NCBI GenBank assembly: GCA_963784845.1
Contig: CAWASN010000007.1
Location: 532,979-596,978, forward strand
Direction of reading: 5' to 3'
Length of the DNA stretch: 64,000 nt
DNA from: an uncultured Actinomycetes bacterium
Lineage (GTDB): Bacteria; Actinomycetota; Acidimicrobiia; IMCC26256; PALSA-610
A program made the position numbers and the translations under genes. Within the stretch, counting starts at the first letter, position 1. Every line of letters starts with the position of its first letter. Shown one piece after another: positions 56,087 through 64,000 of the stretch. A model generated the notes under the pieces. The model saw only the letters and a program-made list of their open reading frames with translations. It made no database searches and was not told the DNA's origin.

Positions 56087-56637
56087 GCGGTCACCCCCAG
56101 CAGCTCGAGCACCTTCGGGTAGTAGTCGTCGCGCGATCTGCTCGCAGCTCTTCGGTCGGACGCGCCTCGAGCGGGTACGGCAGCACCAGCACGCTGCAGG
56201 TCGCCGTGGCCGACGTGGCGGGCGACGTTGTGCGCGTGCACGGTGAACTCTTCGCACACGATCGCGACGACCGGCTTCTCGTGCTCTGCGACCGCGACCG
56301 CGTCCTTGATCGTGAACGTCGTGCACGAACCGCAGGTGCCGAGGCCGACGATCGCGGCGTCGACCTGGCGTCGCGAGCTCGTCGATCTGCTTGCGGTCGC
56401 TCGACGCGGGCTGGCCGACCTGCGCGCCCGTCTCGACCGCGATCGTGCGGGCGCCGTCGCGGCGCAGGTACTCGTCCCAGATGCCGGCGATCAGCTGCCA
56501 CGATCGCCACGCCCGGTCGGTTCGGAGCCCGATCGTGAGCCCGGCCAGCGGCTCGCTCGAGACGGAAGGTCGGCGCGCTGCACGTCGCCCGCGGGCGGCG
56601 CCGTCGGCCGGCGGACCCAGATCGTGTCGGTGCTCAT
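56083..56637 (-). pseudogene. UGSC-family protein (Cys variant, motif CGSC); about 3 frame disruptions
   Basis: ATG 56637 MSTDTIWVRRPT..., LAGLTIGLRTDRAWRSWQLIAGIWDEYLRRDGA, then AAIVGLGTCGSCTTFTIKDAVAVAEHEKPVVAIVCEEF (CGSC at about 56322-56336), and the ending YYPKVLELLGVTA*. Confidence 0.55.
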
Positions 56638-56720
56638 GGGAGCCACGGCTACAGATATATGCGTCCGCATACAATGCCCGGGCGAGCGCCGGATGATTCC
56701 TGCGTCTGTAGTCTCGGCCG

Positions 56721-57757
56721 ATGCCCAGCCCGGCCGCCGGAGTGGTCCCGCCCTGGTGGCAGGCCGGGGTGCTCTACCAGATCTATCCACTCTCGTTCGC
56801 GGATTCGAACGCGGACGGATTCGGTGACCTGCGCGGGATCGTCGACCACCTCGCACACCTCCACCGGCTCGGCGTCGACGCCATCTGGCTGAGCCCGATC
56901 ACCGTGTCACCCAACGCCGATTGGGGCTACGACGTCGCCGACTATTGCGCGGTGCAACCCGAGATGGGAACGCTCGCGGAGTTCGATGCCCTCGTCGAGG
57001 CGGCACATGCCCGCGACATACGAGTGTTGCTCGACTTCGTCCCGAACCACACGAGCGAGGAACACCCGTGGTTCCTCGACGCGAGGTCGTCGAGATCGGC
57101 CGAGCATCGAGACTGGTACCTGTGGGCCGACCCGGCGCCCGACGGTTCGCCCCCGAACAACTGGGTCAGCAGCTTCGGTGGTCCGGCGTGGACGATCGAC
57201 GAGACGACCGGCCAGTACTCCATGCACAACCACTTGCGGGAGCAACCCGACCTCAACTGGTGGAACGACGACGTGCGCGACGCGTTCGACGAGATCCTGC
57301 GCTTCTGGTTCGACCGCGGTGTCGACGGCTTCCGCATCGACGTGTGCAACATCTTGATCAAGGACGCGCTCGTGCGCGACAACCCGCCCGCGACCGCCGA
57401 CGATCCCATCGACCAAGCCCTGGCTGCCCATCGGCGACAAGGATCGCAATGTCGAGGACCAGGTCGATGACCCGGCGTCGTTGCTCGCGCTGACGCGCGA
57501 CCTCATCGCTCTGCGCAAGGAGGTACCGGACCTCACGCAGGGTGAGTACACGCCGTTGCCGGCGCCCGGCGGCGCGTGGGTCTGGAGGCGCGGCGAGGGT
57601 CACCTCGTCGCGGTGAATCTCTCCGGCGAGGCGGTCGAGATCGCCGCGGTACGCGGTCGGTATCGCGATCGGTACCAACCGTGCGCGCGACGGCGAGACC
57701 GTCGCCGGTGGGCTGCGTCTACGAGGATGGGAAGGCGTCGTCGTCGAGCTGAGCTAA
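56721..57757 (+). pseudogene. GH13 alpha-glucosidase / oligo-1,6-glucosidase remnant with internal deletion of roughly 230 codons
   Basis: N-terminal 235 aa are intact: WWQAGVLYQIYPLSFADSNADGFGDLRG, DFVPNHTSEEHPWF, GVDGFRIDV. At about 57410 the reading jumps directly to the C-terminal domain: PWLPIGDKDRNVEDQVDDPASLLALTRDLIALRK...GWEGVVVELS*. The segments carrying the acid/base Glu and the second Asp are absent. Confidence 0.8.
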
Positions 57758-58282
57758 CGCGGGAGGTTCTTCATCTGGTTCGTCCGTGCGTTCGCGGCGA
57801 ACATGAGGTCGTCCAGCGTGCCGCCTTCGACATTGCGGACCATCCCCGCGGCGAGCTTGAGCCGCGAGGTCGGGTCGTCGTTGAGCGCGCGGACGCCGTC
57901 GACCGCGGCGAGAGCCTCGTCGGTGCAGTCGGGGAGCAGCACCGCGAAGCGCATCGGATCGATCCGTCCGACGATGTCGGAGGCCCGGAACGCCTTGCGC
58001 ATCAGCTCGCCCATCGCGATCAACCCTCGATCGACCGTCGGGTCGCCCGGCACCGGGACCGTGGCGTCATCGAGGTAGAAGTCGAAGTACCGAGCCGATC
58101 GGTGCGCCTCGGCGCTGGCACGACCGGAACATCGGCGTCGCCGAGGCGACGAAACCGGCCCGGTTCCAGACGCCGGTGAGCTCGTCGATGCCGGCGGGTT
58201 GGCGACTCTGGCCCTGGTTCCCGCCCTGGCCGTTCTGGGAGTTATGCCCGTTGTAGCCGTTCGAACGTGACTTGGTACGCAT
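57754..58282 (-). pseudogene. GGDEF-domain protein with degenerate active site (RIDPMRF) and N/G/Q-rich N-terminus; frameshift near 58130
   Basis: ATG 58282 MRTKSRSNGYNGHNSQNGQGGNQGQSRQPAGIDELTGVWNRAGF, then YFDFYLDD...MRKAFRASDIVGRIDPMRFAVLLPD. Confidence 0.7.
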
Positions 58283-58457
58283 AACGACCTTGCTCCCAGC
58301 TGGTTGCCGATGCTTGCGGAGGTTCCAGAGTCGCATGACGAATCTGGCCCGGGTAGCGGGTATCGGCATCTGGTGCCCCATGTCACAAGCGGTTCGTACT
58401 CGAAGTCCGTGAATCGAGGAAACGAGGTGGGCCGGGCACGAGGTCAGGTGCACGGAC

Positions 58458-60907
58458 ATGTCGGTGACAGCAACGGCCCGAGGACGACGAGGAGTGCGCC
58501 CGCGGGCGGTTCCGAAGCGTGGCAATGGTGGTCGACGACGGCCTCGGCGAGTACCGTCCGGTGCCTTGTCCGAGCAGGCATCGCCGGTCGGCCGCGACGC
58601 GGGCACGGAAGCTCGTGAGCTCGTCGAGTTGCGTATCCACGGTGTGAGTGGGACGCCCCCGGCGGGAATGCTCGACGCGCACTTCGTGACCCAGCGCGCC
58701 GGCGACGCGACGACAGGGTTCTACGCTCCCGATCCCGACGAGCCCGTTCCGGGGGCGACCGCGAGCGACCGGTCCCGTCATCTCGAGGGCTACTCGTGGC
58801 GCGGGATGACGTCGGGGTCGCCCGTGCAGGCGCTGTGGGTGTTGCTCGCGCCGTTCGCGCTCGCCAACACCGCCGCCGCGATGCGCCCGGCCGTCGGCAA
58901 CTCCGGGCGCGGCCGGGTTGTCTCGGGCTTCTACGGCGCGGCCGTGCGCCTGTTCGCGCTGTCGCTCACGCTGACGCTGGTGACCGCGACGTTCATCGCC
59001 GCCGTCGACGAGGTGGCCTGGCAGTGCGGCAACAACCCGGCGTGTATCAGCGCGCATACGCCCACCAAGTTCCTGGGCTGGCGCGGTGTGGCGAGCGCAC
59101 CGCGGCGGGTCGCGGTGACGCTCGTGCTGCCGCTCGCGACCATCGGGCTGCTCTGGTTCCTGGCCCGGCGACGCGTGGAGGGCTCGAGCAGCGGTGCTTG
59201 CGATCGTGGGCCCACGTGCGGTCGGTGACATCGCGACCGCGGGCCGTCGCACCCGCTTGGACGACCCGGATCGTTGGGACGACCGTGAGCCGAGCGAGTT
59301 CTTGCGTCATCTGCATGTCGCGGCGGCGTTCAGCATCGTCGCCGCCTCGGCCGCGGCCGGCATCGCGTATCGGGCCCGTGATTCCGCTCCTGCTCTACAC
59401 GTCGTCGGCGGCGTGGCGTTCGTGCTCTTGGGCATCGCCGCGCTGACGGCCGCCGCCGGGCTCGGAACCAACACGAGGTCGTGGCGAATCGTCGTCGCGG
59501 TCGGCGTGCTCGTCGGGTCCATCGCGACGTTTGCCGGCCTCGTCGTCGCGCTGGTCGCGGATCCGGCCGTCGAGACCTCCGCCGGTGCCGGCCTTCCGGG
59601 CGTCGAGACGGTGATCGTCTGGCTGTTCATCTCCCAACTGGCGCTCATGCTCGTGATCGGGGTGCTCGGCGCTCTACCTCGCGCGAGGAACCGCGCGCAC
59701 GGCGTCGCGTTGTTGGGGCTGGGCGGCGCTCTCGTCAGTGGCCTCGCACTCGTCGTCGGTGCGATGTTCAGTGCGGGTGTCGACTTGCGCGTCGGCGAAT
59801 ACCTCGGGCAAACGACGACGTCGCTCGCAAAAGCGCACACTGCCGGCCGGGTGCCGCTCGTAGTTCCGAACGCTCTGACCTGGGCGGCGCGGCGCGGTGC
59901 TCCTGATCGTGGTCTTCGCCGGCGCGGCGCTCGTCGCCGGGTTGGTGTGGTCGACGGTGTGGGCGACGAGATCTTCGCGTCACGGGGTACGCGCCGTGAT
60001 CCGTTTCGCACGTCGTCAGCCCGCGCCGCCCGGCGGCGACACCGAGAAGTCGGCGAGGGCGCGCGACGTCAGGCGCGCCGAATGGCGTGCCGGGCTGACC
60101 GATCGCGTCGGCGTGCTCGTCGCCGGTCCCGCGCTGGTCTCGGTCGGAGTCGCGATCGCGATGACCGTCGTCGTCGTGCAGATCGACCGTCACCGCTTCA
60201 CGCCGCGCTTCGAGATCGATCACAGCGCGTGGATTGCGACCCATGCCGCCGCGTACGGGAGCTGGATCATCACCGGCTTCGTCGCAGTGTTGCTCTCGAC
60301 GGTTCTGCGCGCGCGAAGCAGTGAGAGCTTGCGGCGCAAGGTCGGGATCCTGTGGGACCTGAGTACCTTCTGGCCGCGCCACGCCCAGCCGTTGGGGCCG
60401 CCCTGTTACACCGATCGGGCGCTCCCGGAGCTCGTGTACAGGACCACGTGGCACGTCGAGCAGCGCCACGACGTCATCATCTCGGCGCACAGCCAGGGAT
60501 CGATCATCGCCGCGACGGCGGCACTTCAGCTCCGCGCCGACGTGCGTGCCCGCGTGGCATTCCTGACGTACGGGTCGCCCCTGCAACGTCTGTACGCGCG
60601 TTGGTTCCCGACCTTCTTCGACCGCGAGACCTTCGCCGAGCTCGGGCGGCGCCTTCCCGGACGCTGGCAGAACCTCTATCGCAGCACCGATCCCATCGGC
60701 GGTGCCATACCGCCCGGTCCTCCGGTCGGGCCGGTGAACGTGAGGATCACGCCCTCCGACACCGTCGCGCCCGGCGACTTCGTCTACCCGCCGATCCGTG
60801 TCCACTCCGACTATCCCGTCGAGCCCGCGTACCGCGCCGCCGTGGCCCGACTCGATCTCGAGCTGCGCATGTCGGCGATCTCGACGGGCCGACGAGGGGT
60901 TTCGTAG
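58458..60907 (+). pseudogene. polytopic membrane protein (about 11 TM) with C-terminal alpha/beta-hydrolase-like domain (AHSQGS); 2 frame disruptions (about 59200 and 59890)
   Basis: Three consecutive ORFs (58458..59228, 59194..60324, 59897..60907) join into one reading. N-terminal LVELRIHGVSGTPP is followed by many hydrophobic helices. The C-terminal part reads GPPCYTDRALPELVY...DVIISAHSQGSIIAATAAL...FLTYGSPL. Confidence 0.65.
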
Positions 60908-60916
60908 GGTCTGCGG

Positions 60917-62368
60917 ATGCGATCCCCGCGCCGGCGGCCAACGGTTGCGATCATCGGTGCCGGTGCGGGCGGCCTGGCGATGGGCATCAAGCTCAAACGG
61001 GCCGGCTACGACTTCACGATCTACGAGAAGTCCGACGGCGTGGGCGGAACGTGGCGGTACAACACGTATCCGGGAGCGGCGTGTGACGTGCCCTCGCACC
61101 TGTACTCGTTCTCCTTCGAGCTGAATCCCTGGTGGAGTCGCACCTACGCGACGCAACCCGAGATCCTGGCGTACCTCGAACGCTGCACCGACCAGTACGG
61201 CCTCCGCTCCCACCTGCGCACGGGCGTCGGGATCGCGCAAGCGCGCTGGGACGAGCACGAGAAGCACTGGAGCCTGCGCTCGGAGTCCGACGAGACGTTC
61301 ACTGCCGACGTCGTCGTGAGCGGTCTCGGGATGTTGAACGTTCCGCTGGTGCCCGAGATCGCGGGCGCCGAGCGGTTCCGGGGTCGAGCGTTCCATTCGT
61401 CGCGCTGGGATCACTCCAAGTCGATCGAGGGGGAGCGGGTCGCGTCGATCGGCACGGGTGCGAGCGCGGTGCAATACGTGCCCGCGATCGCGCCGTCGGC
61501 CGAGCACGTGACCGTGTTCCAACGTTCGCCGATCTGGATCACACCTCGTTTCGACCGGCCGTTCACCGCCGCCGAGCAGCGCAGGTTCGCGCGCGTCCCG
61601 GGCGCCGCCCGACTCGCGCGGTGGAAGCTCTGGTGGACGTACGAGCGGGCCAGCTTCCGCGCCGATGCCGACCAGACCGTGATGATGACCGCGCTCGCGA
61701 AGTCGTATCTCGAACGCAAGATCACCGATCCGGACCTGCGCGCCAAGCTGACGCCCGACTATCCCGTCGGTTGCAAGCGACCGCTGATCTCACGCGAATG
61801 GTTCCCGACGCTCATCCGCCCGAACGTCCGCGTGGTGACCGAACCGATCACCGAGATCACCGAAGCAGGTGTACGTACCGGCGACGGCGAGGAGCACGTC
61901 GTCGACACGATCATCTACGGCACCGGCTTTCGCGCCAACGACTACTTGAGTGCGGTCGATTTCTACGGGCGGGACGGTCGCCGCCTCCGCGATGATTGGT
62001 GCGATGGCGCCGAGGCCTATCTCGGTCTCACGGTGTCGGGATACCCGAATCTGTTCACGCTCTACGGGCCGAACACCAACGGCGTGAACTCGATCATCTT
62101 CATCCACGAAGCCCAGGTGAACTACATCATGGGCGCGCTGCGCACGATGACGCGCCGACGCATCAGGGCGCTCGACGTGCGCAGGCGTGTGATGGACCGG
62201 TACAACCGCCGTCTGCAGGCCGCGATGCCGGGAACCGTGTGGACGGCCGGCTGCCACAACTACTTCCGGACAGCCTCGGGCAAGGTGGTCACGCAGCTGC
62301 CCTATAGCGGTGGTCGCTACTGGCTCCGGACGCGCTGGTTCCGGACCTGGCCGTACCGCAAGGACTAG
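60917..62368 (+). CDS. flavin-containing (Baeyer-Villiger-type) monooxygenase
   Basis: FAD site VAIIGAGAGGLAMG. BVMO fingerprint FRGRAFHSSRWD. NADP site VASIGTGASAVQ. Intact 483 aa. Confidence 0.85.
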   Translation: MRSPRRRPTVAIIGAGAGGLAMGIKLKRAGYDFTIYEKSDGVGGTWRYNTYPGAACDVPSHLYSFSFELNPWWSRTYATQPEILAYLERCTDQYGLRSHLRTGVGIAQARWDEHEKHWSLRSESDETFTADVVVSGLGMLNVPLVPEIAGAERFRGRAFHSSRWDHSKSIEGERVASIGTGASAVQYVPAIAPSAEHVTVFQRSPIWITPRFDRPFTAAEQRRFARVPGAARLARWKLWWTYERASFRADADQTVMMTALAKSYLERKITDPDLRAKLTPDYPVGCKRPLISREWFPTLIRPNVRVVTEPITEITEAGVRTGDGEEHVVDTIIYGTGFRANDYLSAVDFYGRDGRRLRDDWCDGAEAYLGLTVSGYPNLFTLYGPNTNGVNSIIFIHEAQVNYIMGALRTMTRRRIRALDVRRRVMDRYNRRLQAAMPGTVWTAGCHNYFRTASGKVVTQLPYSGGRYWLRTRWFRTWPYRKD

Positions 62369-63292
62369 GCCTCCTCGTCCGGTATCGAGGTTGACGGTGC
62401 CGAGTCGCGCCGAACGCGGGAGTACGTCGGTCGCGATCTCGTCGACGATCGATTCCGGTTCGTTCCACGCGGGATCGTCGGCGCGGGGGTGGTGGAACAC
62501 GACGTCGGTGAAGCCGAGCGCGGCGTGGCGGCCGACGAAGTCGTCGAACGCGGCGGTGCTCGCGAGCGGGCGGTCCTCGGTATTGCCGCTCATGAAGATG
62601 CGCTGGACCGACGCCGGGTCGCGGCCGATGTGCGCGCACGCGTCGTCGAGTCGGCGGCATTGCTCCACGACCACGCGTTCCGTTCCCGAGGTACTCAGGT
62701 CGCCCGAGATCGTGTCGCCGAACGTGATCCACGCGTCGGCGAACTTCGCAACCTGCGCCAGCGCCTTCGGGCCGCCGGCCGCGATCGCGATCGGAATGCG
62801 TGGTACCTGCACGGCCTCGGGCCGGATGCAAGCTTCGACCACGGTGTAATAGTCGCCGTCGTACGACGCCGTCGGGTGCGCGAACAAGAGACCGAGGAGC
62901 TCGACGAACTCGCCGAGCCGGGCGACGCGCTCGCGGGCGGTGAGGGGCTCGTCGCCGAACACGGTGGAGTCGAAGCCGGGGCCGCCCGCGCCGACGCCGA
63001 GTATGAATCGTCCTCCGGAGACGTGATCGAGCGTGACCGCGTCCTGCGCGAGCGTGAGCGGATGCCGCAGGTTCGGGGACGCGACCATCGTGCCGAGTCG
63101 GATCCGATCGGTCGCGCCCGCCAATCCGGTGAGCCACGGGATCGCCGAGAACCACGGCCGGCCCCGGTAGCGGCGCCAGGACGCGTGGTCATAGGTCCAG
63201 AGGTGGTCGTAGCCGAGCGCCTCGAGGTGCCGGGCCCACGCTCGCGTCTGCGGCCACGGATCGGTCGGGAGCATCACCACGCCGACGCGCAT
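62365..63292 (-). CDS. LLM-class F420-dependent oxidoreductase (3' end uncertain)
   Basis: ATG 63292 MRVGVVMLPTDPWPQ..., GYDHLWTYDH, LDHVSGGRFILGVGAGG. As written the frame runs on over the BVMO gene. A one-base shift near 62420 gives ...VRRDSAPSTSIPDEEA* ending at 62365. Confidence 0.75.
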
Positions 63293-63389
63293 CGGCCGAG
63301 TCTGGCGCGTTTGGCGGGCGCGGCGGCGACCGTCCGGACTCGGCACGGGATCATCCGGGGGCTCCCGAGGCCTCCACGGCATTTGCGAG

Positions 63390-63461
63390 TCGGGGAGGGG
63401 GGATTTGAACCCCCGACCTCGTGCTCCCAAAGCACGTGCGCTACCGCTGCGCCACTCCCCG
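63390..63461 (-). tRNA. tRNA-Pro (anticodon UGG)
   Basis: The reverse complement CGGGGAGTGGCGCAGCGGTAGCGCACGTGCTTTGGGAGCACGAGGTCGGGGGTTCAAATCCCCCCTCCCCGA is 72 nt. It has anticodon loop TTTGGGA and T-loop TTCAAAT. Confidence 0.92.
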
Positions 63462-63506
63462 GTGCGGACGACCGCGACCCGAGCGTAGTTGCGCAGCCGG
63501 GGTGGC

Positions 63507-64000
63507 CTACCGGGCCCGGATGGGGCGGGGAACGACGTGGGGATGCGCGACGACGGGGCCCTGCACTGTTCCCGGGGTCCATTGGTTCCAGCTGGTGTCC
63601 CAGTCCATGACCCCGTGGTCGCCCCGGGCCGGTGGGCGGGGCCCGCCGGTGACGATGACCACGTCGCCGACACGGCTGAAGCCGAAGAACGTCAACACGT
63701 TGGCCGGGCTGAGGTTGATGCACCCGTGCGACACGTTGGCGTGGCCCTGGCTGCTCACCGACCACGGTGCCGCGTGCACGTACTCGCCGCTGTCGGTGAT
63801 GTGCACGTCGGAGTAGACGAGCTCGTCGTAACCGTCGGGTGAGTTGACGGGCACCCCGTTCGACGACGAGATCATGCGCACGACGCTCTCGCGGTCGAGC
63901 ACGATGTGGACCCCGTTCATCGACGGATCAGTGGTCTTGCCTCCGCTGAACGGGTAGAGCCCGACGATCTTGCCGTTGTCGGACACGGTCATCACGTCGG
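63507..64000 (-). CDS. L,D-transpeptidase (YkuD domain); 5' end beyond window
   Basis: Catalytic motif ANVSHGCINLS. GEYVHAAPW. The open frame reaches the window edge. Confidence 0.8.
   Translation of the reverse strand, partial: DVMTVSDNGKIVGLYPFSGGKTTDPSMNGVHIVLDRESVVRMISSSNGVPVNSPDGYDELVYSDVHITDSGEYVHAAPWSVSSQGHANVSHGCINLSPANVLTFFGFSRVGDVVIVTGGPRPPARGDHGVMDWDTSWNQWTPGTVQGPVVAHPHVVPRPIRAR

Overview
High-GC actinobacterial-type chromosomal window. Hand counts give about 40/60 G+C in core lines and 30-35/60 in parts of the island below. The left third holds a GlgE-pathway alpha-glucan cluster (malQ, treS-pep2 fusion and glgE on the minus strand, glgX divergent). It is followed by ftsH, LLM/F420-type oxidoreductases, iolB, an amidohydrolase, YceI/MarR, a NUDIX hydrolase, a haloalkane dehalogenase and a Gfo/Idh/MocA oxidoreductase. 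The middle holds a CDF transporter, a SigB/SigF-type sigma operon (STAS, anti-sigma, sigma) and a second partner-switching set (PAS-GAF-PP2C phosphatase, STAS, HATPase kinase). It also holds LigD, metY-metX, an MFS-MerR operon, a large LuxR/LAL regulator, a secreted DUF11 protein, an MtrAB-like two-component system with a GerMN lipoprotein, and tatA. The most interesting region is 46059-53755, a roughly 7.7 kb integrative island bounded by a perfect 46 bp direct repeat of the 3' part of tRNA-Gly(UCC). It carries an IS5-family element, Xis, a tyrosine integrase and A+T-richer cargo: a 452 aa protein with a C-terminal HEPN-like Rx4H motif, a DUF5131 (phage Gp37/Gp68, three-Cys) plus TcmP gene pair, and a small ORF coupled to a HicB-like gene. 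I consider this cargo the best candidate for an uncharacterised defence or modification system. To the right lie a five-gene translationally coupled operon (UGSC-family protein, unknown protein, NifU-like protein, MarR, PaaI thioesterase), an internally deleted GH13 glucosidase remnant and a degenerate GGDEF protein. These are followed by a polytopic membrane protein with a C-terminal hydrolase motif, a BVMO-type monooxygenase, an LLM oxidoreductase, tRNA-Pro and a partial L,D-transpeptidase. Many conserved genes, including essential ftsH, are split by frameshifts while their residues stay conserved, so I read most of these as assembly or sequencing indels rather than real decay. All coordinates and frameshift positions come from manual reading; no search or computation was run.
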